DNA from: Octopus sinensis
Taxonomy: Eukaryota
Assembly (NCBI RefSeq): GCF_006345805.1
Contig: NW_021834593.1
Coordinates: 1 to 51,270, forward strand
DNA: 51,270 bases
Direction of reading: 5' to 3'
Positions 25,122-37,566 of this stretch are shown one piece after another; the stretch's first letter is position 1, and the number at the start of each line of letters is the position of its first letter. The notes beneath the pieces were generated by a model. The model was not told the DNA's origin. It ran no database searches and was given only the letters and a program-made list of their open reading frames with translations. The position numbers and the translations under genes are program-made.

Positions 25122-26249
25122 GAAATATGTTACAAAAAGAAAATATAAGATACACGTGGAAATGTAAGGGTAAAATATGAAAAATCAACGAAAATGCACA
25201 TTGCAAATAAAAAAAGGCTTTTTATGACAGGTAACGACAAATATATACATTTAGATGGACTGAGGTAGTAATAAGAGTCATAAATGTCATTATTATGTGA
25301 TGATTATAAGATGATAATAAAGTAAGAGAACAAAACGAACCATGGTTTCGGCAAAAAGCTATTCATCGCTTTGAAAACACCGGCTAATACACGGTGTCAG
25401 GTCTAATAGTTCCTGAGAAGAAAGATTATTTTGTAAGGGAGGTAAGTAGTTCTGGATTATTTGTAAGGGAGGTAAGAAGTTCTGGATTTAGAGATGTGAG
25501 TTGTGTAGGAAGTGTATAGGGTTTAGTGGTTTCAATTGAAGAGTTACTGGTGTTCTGTATTAAGTTGTGTGTTCATATTTAGTTGGGGGAGAAATTGTTT
25601 GATGAAAAATGCCTCTTTATTCAATCTTTGTTGAGTTGTGGTGTTCTGTGAACATTGATAAAAGGGAAAGATTTGGAAATTGGAATTAAGATTCCTGGCA
25701 CACCTTTCTTTGTGTTCACTCACCTTTAACTGTCTGTATTGTGGGTGGCGGATTTGCTCTTTGTGAACGGTGGTTCTTTGACGGAGCGAAATTCCTGTTT
25801 GTCCAATATAGAGTTTACCACATCCTATGCATGTCATGACATAGATTGCATTTACTGAGGCGCAGATGAAATTTGATTTGATCTTAAATATTTCTTCTTG
25901 TTTGAAGTGAAATTCTGAACCCTCCAGAAGGTGGGAGCATGTTCCACAGTTAGTACGTCCATATTTTGTCACTTTTGGCTCTGTTTTTGGTGGATAGAGT
26001 CTAGCGCTGGTTAATATTTTTTTCAGTGACTTCGGTTGTTTTTTGCTTTTTATAATTTTATATGAGCTTAAAATTTCGTTCATTGTTTTGTCTGCTGTGA
26101 GGATGGGAAGATTTTGGGTGATGATGTTGAAGGCTTCGTTGTTTCTAAGGTTATGTGTGGAAATGTACGGGAGTATTTTCAAGTCTTGTTTAGTATTTCG
26201 GCTAGTTTTCCTTAACATTTGTATATCTGTTTCCTTAGCTCTTTTGATA
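25118..26249 (-). mobile_element. 5'-truncated Penelope-like retroelement
   Basis: Contains the GIY-YIG ORF plus a 3' region with a hammerhead-like motif; bounded by (TA)n at both ends. Confidence 0.85.
25544..26218 (-). CDS. Penelope-like GIY-YIG endonuclease domain (C-terminal fragment of the PLE ORF)
   Basis: ORF has CGTCSHL, NAIYVMTCIGCGKLYIGQTG, LRQRTTVH and RLNKEAFFI..PQLN. RT is missing, so it is probably non-functional. Confidence 0.9.
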   Translation of the reverse strand: MLRKTSRNTKQDLKILPYISTHNLRNNEAFNIITQNLPILTADKTMNEILSSYKIIKSKKQPKSLKKILTSARLYPPKTEPKVTKYGRTNCGTCSHLLEGSEFHFKQEEIFKIKSNFICASVNAIYVMTCIGCGKLYIGQTGISLRQRTTVHKEQIRHPQYRQLKVSEHKERCARNLNSNFQIFPFYQCSQNTTTQQRLNKEAFFIKQFLPQLNMNTQLNTEHQ

Positions 26250-26481
26250 TATATCGTTACTATCCAAATTTGGCCAAATGCGTATTTTTAAAATATTTAT
26301 TTTTGCTTGCAATAGCCGGTTCTTTTGGTCAAACTATCGTATCTCCACCTGCTTCAGATGCCAAGATATCAAAAATTGTCAAAGTGTAGTACAACGGTCT
26401 TGCTATGGAATAGTGAAACTATTCTTTCGTTTTCTGAAAAAGTAACGTTCTAGACTTACGACACATTTGCATAATAACAAC

Positions 26482-26537
<56 letters not shown>

Positions 26538-27084
26538 CACACACACACATATATATACATATATATATATATACATATATATACACACACATATATATAT
26601 ATACATATATATATACACACACATATATATATATACATATATTTATATATACATATATATACATATATATATATATATAGTATGTATGTATATACGCGCG
26701 CGCGCATAGAAGCGTACTTATTTCCTGTGGCTCTTCCTCATCTAACATTACCTTTAAAATATTTTACCCGAGCTCACCATCCCAGCATCTCGTTCTTCCC
26801 TCCACACATACCCCCTCCAATTTCTCCTCCCACCCAATCTACGTCAAATGAATACCTTTGCACGTACCCGCAAGTAGTATTTATCTCTCACCTTAAACAG
26901 TAAATTCTCTCTAAAGATATTTCATCTCGTCCCCATATCACCTTTAACAATGTAATGGTACCTCCAACATGACCAACACTATCGATTTCACTTCAAATGT
27001 CACAGATTCTACTGTTTGGCATTTCTAGCACTATTTTTCGTTTTGTTCTTTTTGATTTTTTTTCAGCTTAGAAGAACGTTGATG

Positions 27085-27194
27085 ATATTGTAGTAGTGGT
27101 GTTGGTGGTATTGTTTTTGTTGCTATTGTTGTAGTTGTTGTTGTTGCTCCTTTTGTTGTTGTTGCTGTTGCTGTAGTAGTAGTAGTAGTAGTAG

Positions 27195-27235
<41 letters not shown>

Positions 27236-27250
27236 GTAGTAGTAGTAGTT

Positions 27251-27287
<37 letters not shown>

Positions 27288-27488
27288 GGGTTGTTGCTGC
27301 TGCCACTGCTTATATTACTGATAGCGCTGACGGGAGGCAGTGGTGGTGGTGGTGGTGGTAATGGTGTTGGTGATGGTGATGGTGACAGTGGTGATGTTGG
27401 TGATTATAATGGTGACGGTGATGGCGATAGTGATGATAGTGGTAGTGCGAGCAGTAGTAGTAGTAGTAGTAGTAGTGTTGGTGATGGC

Positions 27489-27519
<31 letters not shown>

Positions 27520-27631
27520 ATGGCAGTAGTATAGTAGTAGTAGTAGTAGTAGTAACAGTAGTAGTAGTAGTAGTAAGTAGTGATGGTGGTGATGCTGTGA
27601 GTAGTAGTAATAGTAGTGATGATGATGGTGG

Positions 27632-27663
<32 letters not shown>

Positions 27664-27700
27664 ATGGCGGTAGTGGTGGTGGTGATGCCGACGGCGGTGG
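27085..27700. repeat. Compound GTT/GTA/CTA/GGT/GAT trinucleotide region
   Basis: Directly visible; the poly-S/G/V/T ORFs are artefacts. Confidence 0.93.
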
Positions 27701-28024
27701 CGTATGAATACAGTACCTCATTTTGTGATATTTTTTTATGTTTGCTTTTGCATTTACTGTCAATGTATCTTTAAAAGGCACTATTAAAATGAAGAAGTCC
27801 CTAAAACTGGTAAACCAATGAAATTCTGTGTATTTATTGTTCGTGAACATGAAGTGGGGTGGAGAAAATACCCTGCTTTTAACATTATGCGTTCAAATCT
27901 CGTCAAGGCTACCTTCACCTTTCATCTTTTCGAGGTCGATAAAATAGAAGATCAGTGAAATACTAAAATTGGTTTAATCGACTAAGCCTTTCTCCCAAAA
28001 TTTTAGGCCTTGTGACTAATTAGA

Positions 28025-28340
28025 TTTTATTTATGCGCCCTTTTTAAGCCTATCCAGGGTCATGGGTCATGCTTCCCGGTTTCTATGGCCTATGTGTCCC
28101 CCCCCCCAGCTGGACGGGACGCCAGTATATCGCAGCGTTACTCAGGAAACAGGAAGAAAGAGTGAGAGAAAGTTGGGGTGAAAGAGTGCAACAGGGGTCT
28201 CCACCACCCCCTGGCAGCGCCTCGTGGAGCTATAGGTGTTTTCGCTCAATAAACACACACAATGCCCGGTCTGGGAATCGAAACCGCAATCCTCCGACCG
28301 CAAGTCCGCTGCCCTAACCTCTGGGCCATTGCGCCTCCAC
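28025..28340 (-). mobile_element. SINE family C, full length (tail type 1, V-domain-like)
   Basis: Head GTGGAGGCGCAATGGCCCAG; CTGGCGTCCCGTCCAG motif; tail ...AAAAGGGCGCA. Confidence 0.85.
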
Positions 28341-28560
28341 GACTATCAGATTATTCGACTATTAAATTCGAAACAATTAATCAATGAGTGATGGTATGTG
28401 AGGTGTTATGATCAGTGTGATGTGTTGTGGCGGTTAATAATAGATGATGTGTGATGCGACGAAGGTAAGACTACCTTCTTGTAAATGGAGATTAAGCTAC
28501 CTCCAAAAGATCTTTTTGTAATTCTTAATGATCTATGCGACGAGGTGGTTTTTTATCAAA

Positions 28561-28791
28561 TTTTTTTTGCGCCCTTTTAAAGCCTAGCCAGGCTCATGGG
28601 TCCGGTTTCGCGATTTCTATGACGTATGTGTTCCCCAGCATTACTCATTTTTGCCAGCTGAGTGGACTGGAGCAACGTGAAAATGAAGTGTTTTGCTCAA
28701 GAACACAACGCGTCGCCCGGTCCAGGAATCGAAACCACAATCTTACCATCATGATACTGATACTCTAATCACTAAGCCACGCGCCTCCCAC
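28561..28791 (-). mobile_element. SINE with a family D-like head and family C type-1 tail
   Basis: Head GGAGGCGCGTGGCTTAGTG; body TGTGTTCTTGAGCAAAACACTT; tail ...CCCATGAGCCTGGCTAGGCTTTAAAAGGGCGC. Confidence 0.75.
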
Positions 28792-28987
28792 ATTTTTATC
28801 ATATACATATGTGAATTAGATTTTAAGTGGCTGAATGCTCCTCAGACAACTGTAATCTTAAAGCTATTTTTTCACGGAATCAGAGTGATATGATGTGTGA
28901 CGACGTCACCTTTTATCATACGCCCGCTCAATTACGACTGACCTAAAGTTGATCAAATCAACGACTACAACAACAACAACAACAACA

Positions 28988-29018
<31 letters not shown>

Positions 29019-29379
29019 TACTAACGTTATCTTTTTTACCAATCCTAATCTTTCGTAACTCTGCAAGCAAACTTTATCCAAACCACACCCAGCAACATTA
29101 CAGCTGTCTACTGTGTCCTAATATAATTCTTATGGAAAAGAAAACTTCTCCCTAACCAAGAACTTCCGTTTCCATTACATCTCACTTCACAGGATTCTTT
29201 GGTGGGAGAGAATAAAAAAAATAGAGATTAGAAAATGAAGGGGAAAAGACAAATAGATACGTGGGTTCTTTTCTGCTTGGCTTGGCTTCGCTTTTTTGAA
29301 ATTTTAAAATTAAGTGAAAATTTTAAAATTTGGTATATTGATGTAATTTTTCACGCTGAATCTGATGTTACTCTCTATT

Positions 29380-29790
29380 TTGCTCTTTTACTTGTTTCAG
29401 TCATTTGACTGTGGCCATACTGGAGCACCGCTTGTAGTTGAGCAATTCGACCCCAGGACTTATTCTTTGTAAGCCTAGTACTTATTCCATCGGTCTCTTA
29501 TGCCGAACTGCTAAGTTACGGGGAGATAAACACACCAGCATCGGTTGTCAAGCGATGTTGGGGGGACAAACACAGACACCCAAACGTATACACACACATA
29601 CATATATATATATATACATATATACGACGGGCTTCTTTCAGTTTCTGTCTACCAAATCCACTCACAAAGCTTTGGTTGGCCCAAGGCTATAGTAGAAGAC
29701 ACTTGCCCAAGGTGCCATGCATTGGGACTGAACCCGGAACCATTGCCGTTCGTAAGCAAGCTACTTATCACACAGCCACTCCTACACCTA
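29380..29790 (-). mobile_element. SINE family A, full length
   Basis: Reverse complement of the family A sequence. Confidence 0.9.
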
Positions 29791-30363
29791 TGTTGTTCAC
29801 TTGTTTCAGAAAAAAATTAGAAAAATGTATCAGCGGTTTAAAATTTGATAATTTTTACCCAATCAGCAAACAGAGTTTAGAAGTTGTCATTTTGTGCGTG
29901 ATGACAACATTACGACGACAAAACATTCAACGATGGAGGCTTTAATGATTTTTTTCCTTTTTTTTTTTTTTCTTTTTTCAATACAGCCTTCGAAATGATG
30001 ATGGAAGGATAGTCATCTCTCTTTTCAAAAATCGTTTTGAAAATTTATATATATATATAACTCCCCCTGCAAACCTCATACCCGACCGAGGCTTTGTGCT
30101 TGCAGTAGAAAGGATAATTATCATAACTGTCCAAATTCCGCCGAGGTCGACTTTGCCTTTCATCCTTCCGGGGTCGATAAAATAAGTACCAGTTGAACAC
30201 TGGGGTCGAAGTAATCGACTCATCTCTTTCCCCAAAATTGCTGCCCTAGTGGCAAAATCTTAAGTCATTATGGTTATAACTGTTGTTGTTATTGTTGTTA
30301 TTGTTGTTTTTAAAGTAGAGAACAGGCAGAAACTTTTGCGTCAGAGAAAATGCTTTGTAATAT

Positions 30364-30762
30364 ATTTCTTTACTGCCCACAAGGGGCTAAACATATAGGG
30401 GACAAACAAGGACATAAAAAGAGATTAAATCGATTGCATCAACCCATTGCGAAACTGGTACTTTATTTATCGACCCCAAAATGAAGGCAAAGTCGACCGC
30501 GGCGGAATTTGAACTTAGAACGTAACGACAGACGAAATACCTATTTCTTTATTACCCACAAGGGGCTAAACATAGAAGGGACAAACATAGGTATTAAGTC
30601 GATTACATCGACCCCAGTGCGTAACTGGTACTTATTTATCGACCCCAAAATGATGAAAGACAAAGGCGACCACGGCGGAATTTGAACTGAGAACGTAGTG
30701 GCAGACGAAATACCGCTAAGCATTTCGCCCAGCGTGCTAACATTTCTGCTAGCTCGCCGCTT
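30364..30762 (-). mobile_element. Dimeric SINE family B (tail type 2) with a 17-bp TSD
   Basis: AAAATGCTTTGTAATAT at 30347-30363 and 30764-30780. Confidence 0.9.
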
Positions 30763-31448
30763 TAAAATGCTTTGTAATATCGATGAACTTCTTTCCCCAC
30801 AAGATCGTTGGCTTTGTGCCTTAATCAGAAATTATATTTCATACATTTCGCTTCACGCTGTCCTAAGGTCTCACCAATTAAAAACTTGCGCTATCGTTTT
30901 CAGTTCTCGAGAAGAGATATTTAACCTGATGCGCCTCTTTATAACATTTGAGAAATTCACGAAAACCATTAATACCGCAAAAAAAAAAAAGATTTACCTA
31001 AATGACTCTCATTAATGGTGAGTGAAGAAAACCCGCTAGAAGATTATTACTCTTTTTTTAAGGATTAAAAGAGATATCGAAATAGCTGAGAAATGTAGAG
31101 AGTGGATTTTAATTCCACCCAGGTGTTTTCAACAGGACAGATATGTCATATAAGATAGAAGTGACAGAACGACTTCTCTTTTACTGTGAACTTGTGCGTA
31201 GGGTGGTGCTATGCATCGCCTGCAAAGGGACGCTCTAACAGCTGTCACATGGTAAGTTTTATGATGTGAGTTTTCGTGAAGATCAGACAAGCAGAAACAT
31301 TCAAAGACGGGATCCAATTTATTGTCTCCACCAAAGCTAAATAGTTCATGAAAGTCGCTTTCAGTAAAGCAGTTCAGGTACTTCCCTCCCTCTCTCTCTC
31401 TCCTCTCTCTCTCTCTCCTCTCTCTCCTCTCTCTCCTCTCTCTCTCCC

Positions 31449-31473
31449 CTATATATATATATATATAGATATA

Positions 31474-31542
<69 letters not shown>

Positions 31543-32006
31543 ATAATATAGATATATATATATATATATATAATATATAATATATATAATATATATAATA
31601 TTATATCATATTATATATGTATATAATATATAATATATATAATATATATATTATGATACATATATTATATATATCCATTGTATATATATATATATATATA
31701 TAATATATATATATATAATACATGTATATTATATATAATATGTATCATATAATATATATTAATCATTATATATTATATATATATATATATTATATGTATA
31801 TTATATATATTATATATATTATATATTATATACATATTAATAATCTATGATATATTAAAATATAAATAATAGATATAATTATATATATAATATATATATA
31901 TATTATATATAATACGCAAAGACTGTAAAGGAACTAGAATTGATTGTCCAACAACCAAGCACACAACGCCTGTGTGTATATTAATGTATATATATATATA
32001 TATAAT

Positions 32007-32043
<37 letters not shown>

Positions 32044-32168
32044 TATATATATACATATATAATACATACATACATGTACATGGATATATAAGTACATATA
32101 CATAAATATTTATATATCCATATATTCATATAGTTATGTATATATACATATATATATATATGTGTGTG

Positions 32169-32204
<36 letters not shown>

Positions 32205-32280
32205 TATATATATTATATATATAGCATGCATACACACACACATATATATATATACATAATACATTTATTCATACATATAT
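31449..32280. repeat. Long degenerate (TA)n region
   Basis: Directly visible. Confidence 0.95.
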
Positions 32281-32499
32281 TAATCCTATTGCTGTATTAT
32301 ATTGCACAGTCACAGAAATGTGTAACGGTTCACCACTAGCCGTCTTATTAACACTAATATAAAGGATTGGGAAAACGGCTGTGTATGCGTACCCAAGTAC
32401 CTGTGTGTCCGCGCGCGAGTGTGTATGTGTGTATTTGTGTATGTGTCTGCGCGCGAGTGTTTGCGTTCGTGTGCTTGTGCGTGTGACGCTATGCGTTTC

Positions 32500-32700
32500 T
32501 GAAGGTCTCTGACGCTGGCGAAGTCTCTAAACAGCTGGCAGAAGATCAAGTGAAGTTAGCTCCGAGAGGGGTGCTACGCTTCATTGACTACAGATGGTTA
32601 ATAGCTCGTTGACGAAATGTTCCCGAAGGATGCTATTGGAAGCCCCTCTACGGCTGATTGATTACGTTGTGGCGATACTGGAAGAATGGAAGTCAATTAA
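32500..32700 (+). mobile_element. Possible RTE LINE 3' remnant
   Basis: KQLAEDQVK...RGVLRF resembles the RTE WExLAxDRxxWRxxVxxG..FE motif. Confidence 0.3.
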
Positions 32701-32859
32701 TCCCATGAAAGCACTTTGATTACCCCCACCATGGGGCTATTAAAATAACTATATCCCCGAGGAGGTGGAAGTTTCTAACATCTTGTAAGCACACTCAGTT
32801 TCAAATGTATGTCGGTCTCTCTTTCTCTCTCTCTCTCTCTTTCTTTCTTTCCTTCTATC

Positions 32860-32908
<49 letters not shown>

Positions 32909-33039
32909 TTATCTATCTATTTATCTATCTATTTATCTATTTATCACTCTCTCTCTCGTTCTCTCTCTCGCGCACTAATTCCCTTATCTCTCTCCCTCCT
33001 ACTCACTCCTTTTGTCACTATGTGCATATATACCACTAC

Positions 33040-33262
33040 AGCACTCCGTCGGTGACGACGACGAGGTTACCAGTTGATCCAATCAACGGAACAGCCTGCT
33101 CGTGAGATTAAAGTGCAAGTGGCTGAGCACTCCACAGATACGTGTACCTTAACGTTGTTCTCGGAGAGATTCAGCGTGACACAGAAAGTGACAAGACTGG
33201 CCCTTTGAAATAAAGGTACAGCAGAAACAGGGAGAAAGAGTGAGAGAAAGTTGTGGCGAAAG
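33040..33262 (-). mobile_element. SINE family C 3' part (tail type 2)
   Basis: Matches 42715-42935. Confidence 0.85.
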
Positions 33263-33327
33263 AAATATGTGTGTGTGTTTATATATATATATATATATAT
33301 ATACTATATATATATATATATATATTC

Positions 33328-33735
33328 TGAGGTCGACTTTGCCTTTCATCCTTTCGGGGTCGATAAATAAAGTACCAGTTGCGTACTGGGGTCGATGTAA
33401 TCGACTTAGTCCCTTTGTCTGTCCTTGTTTGTCCCCTCTATGTTTAGCCCCTTGTGGGTAGTAAAGAAATATATATATATATATATATAATATTATATAT
33501 ATATATTCTTTTATTCTTTTATTCGTTACAATCATTTGTCTGCGGCCATGCTGGAGCGCCGCCTTCAGTCGAGCAGATCGACACCAGAGCTTATTCTTTG
33601 TAAGCCTAGTACTTAATCTATCGGCCTCTTTTTGCCGAACCGCTAAATTACGGGAATGTAATCACACCAGCATCGGTTATCAAGCGATGTTGGGAGGGAC
33701 AAACACAGACTCACAAACACAAACACACACACACA
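33328..33735. mobile_element. SINE B (+) and SINE A (-) fragments, tail-to-tail across (TA)n
   Basis: 33328-33470 is B core plus tail 2; 33505-33735 is an A 3' half. Confidence 0.85.
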
Positions 33736-33867
33736 ACATGAGTAACGGCAAATAAATATTTCTTTACAAATTCGATCACTGTTCTTCTTTCATCTTGCAC
33801 ATCTGCAACAGCAACATTCGATACAATCATTACTGCCAACTCCAACATATATCATAATACCAAACCG

Positions 33868-33898
<31 letters not shown>

Positions 33899-34221
33899 GT
33901 ATGTATTAGACAGACAGACAGATAGATAGACATACATACATACATACATACATACATACATACATACATACATACATACATACATACTTACACGGCTGAA
34001 TATGGATACCTTGTTATCCGTATTTAACTGCTTTATTTGTCTTGAAATTCCCACTCATTTAGGTGCCTGGTGCATACACACAAGTAGATCGTAGGAGACG
34101 AAAGACCTCATGGGCGCTAGAATTTCCATATCATGTGATTTTGGTCTATGGTCCTTCTCAGTGAGGAGCATAGGTTAGCTCGTGCCAGTCAGATCCCGTT
34201 GCTACCATATAAATACATACA

Positions 34222-34452
34222 AGGCGGCGAGCTGGCAGAAACGTTAGCACGCCGGGCGAAATGCGTAGCCGTATTTCGTCTGTCGTTACGTTGTGAGTTC
34301 AAATTCTGCGAGGTCGACTTTGCCTTTCATCCTTTCGGGGTCGATAAAATAAGTACCAGTTACGCACTGGGGTCGATGTAATCGACTTAATCCCTTTGTC
34401 TGTCCTTGTTTGTCTCCTCTATGTTTAGCCCCTTGTAGGCAATAAAGAAATA
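34222..34452 (+). mobile_element. SINE family B, full length (tail type 2)
   Basis: AGGCGGCGAGCTGGCAGAAACGTTAGC head, GAGTTCAAATT B box, tail ...AATAAAGAAA. Confidence 0.92.
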
Positions 34453-34695
34453 CATGCATACATATATACATACATACAGACATACATACATACATACATA
34501 CATACATATGTATGTGTACGTGTGTGTGTGTATGTATATACATAGATACATACATACATGTGTGTGCATACGCATCAGCGTAAATAGGCGGGAACATTGC
34601 TGAGTGTTAATTCAACAAGTACTTGTATAATTTCATTCTCTTTCTCTCTACTTGTTTCTTTACATTAACATACATTTTTATATAAGTTTAATAAC

Positions 34696-34781
<86 letters not shown>

Positions 34782-35099
34782 ACCGCATACACACAAACCA
34801 CATTCACACACGTTTTAACACCGATATATGCAAGAATCTAATATTTACATACGGCGGGCTCTGCGGGGCACTCCCTTTATCAGCTGTCGACTGAAGATCA
34901 AACACAATGATTTCAGCAACTTGCGACAGTACCACTTCTCTTCTCTCCAGGAGAGCCGACCAGCATCGAAGCTAACAGGAAATACCTGGATTCTTATGGT
35001 CCTCCCTGTAGCATGCATTTTTTATTCCGTTATCCATGTAGACGACCAGCGTGGTTACCAGATCGGGCTAAATGTAGCTGATTACGAGATTTTTATGAT

Positions 35100-35360
35100 A
35101 TTTTACTCTTTTCCTCTTTTACTTGTCTCAGTCATTTGACTGTAGCCATGCTGGAGCACCGCCTTTAGTCGAGCAAATCGACCCCAGGACTTTTTTTTTT
35201 GTAAGCCTAGTACTTATTCTATCGGTGACTTTTGCCGAACCGCTAAGTTACGGGGACGTAAACACACCAACATCGGCTGTCAAGCGATGTTGGGGGAACA
35301 AACACAGACACAAACATACACACACACACACATACAACACACACACACACACATACACAG

Positions 35361-35397
<37 letters not shown>

Positions 35398-35586
35398 GAT
35401 ATATATATATATATATATATACATATATACGACGGGCTTCTTTTAGTTTCCCTCTACCAAATCCACTCACAAGGTTTTGGTCGGCCCGAGGCTATAGTGG
35501 AAGACACTTGCCCAAGGTGCAACGCAGTGGAACTGAACCCGTGGCTGGTAAGCAAGCTACTTACCACACACCCACTCCTACGCCTA
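35100..35586 (-). mobile_element. SINE family A, full length
   Basis: Reverse complement of the family A sequence. Confidence 0.9.
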
Positions 35587-35751
35587 TAATTTATTTGTAA
35601 TTTGGGTTAATTACTACTTTGAAAATTAAATTTCTAGAGTAGGAATCTTCTATAGTATATTAATTATCAACTAGCTTAAATACAAAACATACGCACGCAC
35701 ACTTACACACACATACACACACACACACCTGTGCATACATATATACACATA

Positions 35752-36053
35752 CAGTTACTCTACCCAGATTACAATTTCAGGTTTATATCTACAATTATTG
35801 GGGGACTGGGATAGATGGCACACTGCCTAAATACCAATATTGACAAATTAGGCTTTTCAAAACCAGAAAGGAGAAAGCTGATTCGAAGGCTACACACCCA
35901 AACCATCACTGGAACTGTAAAAATTTGTTGAACTTGCCGGACGTTTATCATTTAAGTGTATATGAACATATCTAAACATGCATCTATATGCAGGATAGTA
36001 CCTTCATAACACAAAACATACAAATCTACACATATACATACATACATGCATGC

Positions 36054-36107
<54 letters not shown>

Positions 36108-36275
36108 GCATACATACATACATACATACATACATACATACATAATACATACATACATACATGCATGCAAAATATCCTGTCGATGTCGAAATTCCAATGA
36201 GGAAACCTTGGAGCTAGGTTAGAAACCTGCTCTTTCTCTATTGGCATGAAATCTTGAAATAAAACTAAATAACAA
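35752..36275 (+). pseudogene. R4/Dong-like element 3' end (RLE C-terminus plus 3' UTR)
   Basis: QLLYPDYNFRFISTIIGGLG*...LGFSKPERRKLIRRLHTQTITGTVKIC (typical RLE xPIIIGALG end); UTR runs into (CATA)n. Confidence 0.75.
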
Positions 36276-36347
36276 CATACATACATACATACATACATAC
36301 ATACATACATACATACATACATACATACATACATACATACATACATA

Positions 36348-36702
36348 CATGGCGGCTGCCCCCTCGTTATCGAGTATGGCCATTGCGCAAAGCTTAATCA
36401 ATGTTGTTATCGTGCAATGCCTGTGCAAGAAGATTTTTTTTAAAGTGAGGAAAGGCTGTACACTGAGTCAATCTCACTCACTAAGCAACAGCAGCCATAA
36501 TCCGAAAAGAACAAGTCAACATCATTGGTAACCACTGAGCCGCAGGTTTTATGTCAGAGTTATCCCAGTTACCTGAGTTACCTTCTCCTAGAAGGATGCC
36601 CTAACAAAGACTAGGAGCCCTTCACTCCCAATGGTTTAACCGCGCGATCGGGTATTCAGTCCGATTATTTCTATGTCCCCGCACATGCTACAGCCTTAAG
36701 CG
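36348..36702 (-). mobile_element. Probable RTE-derived non-autonomous element
   Basis: GGCATCCTTCTAGGAGAAGGTAACTC...ACATAAAACC resembles RTE 5' UTR motifs (from memory). Confidence 0.35.
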
Positions 36703-36879
36703 TTAAGAAAAAAAAATTACACATTTATTGGATGGCCGTTGACTCTCAAGAGTTCCTCCGCCCTTTGACGGGTTTTGTTTTTCATCCCGCATACATACAT
36801 ACATACATACATACATACATACATACATACACACACACATACATACATACATACATACATACATACATACATACATACA

Positions 36880-36911
<32 letters not shown>

Positions 36912-37334
36912 AATGTTCATTTTAAAATGTTCATTTTGCAGTTACTTCCTAACACAATCTCCTATTGTCTGTTAATTTTGTAATATTTATTTTGGAACCG
37001 ATCTGGCAGCCCTGCATACCGTACAATATTGGATGCAGCTGTCTCTACTTCAAACATGCAGCAAAATGTTATTTTGACACATGCTGATGGTTTGGTCTTT
37101 GCTCTTAGCTCTGCTCTTTTCCGTCTCACATGCTCTTGTCATATATTCAGGGTGAAGCATTTCCATCTTCCCTCTCGGAGATAGGCCGAGCATTACGTAG
37201 AAGTTGATGAATACGTAGATATACATTTGGACGTATTTTGATAGATTGATCAATCAATAAATACACGAGACGGAAGGAATTGATAGATGGATGGATGGAT
37301 GGGTAGACAGGTAGGTAGATAGGTAAATAGATAT

Positions 37335-37566
37335 ATTTCTTTACTACCCACAAGGAGCTAAACACAGAAGGGACAAACAAGGACAGACAAAGGGTTTAAG
37401 TCGATTACATCTACCCCAGAGCTTAACTGGTACTTAATTTATCGACCCTATTAGGATGAAAGGCAAAGTCAACCTCGGCGGAATTTGAACTCGGAACGTA
37501 ACGACAGACGAAATACGGCTACACACTTCGCCAGGCGTGCTAACGTTTCTACCAGCTCGCCGCCTT
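37335..37566 (-). mobile_element. SINE family B (tail type 2) with TSD TAGGTAAATAGATA
   Basis: Direct repeats at about 37320-37333 and 37567-37580. Confidence 0.9.

Noticed and set aside
26433-26470. CTGAAAA A GTAA...TTAC GACAC as another hammerhead
   Set aside because: Mismatch at 3-8, GAAA is broken, and stems I and III are absent.
30880-31260. Possible host exons (ATG|GTGAGT at about 31018 and ATG|GTAAGT at about 31252)
   Set aside because: Donor-like motifs alone, with no recognisable reading frame; needs RNA-seq.
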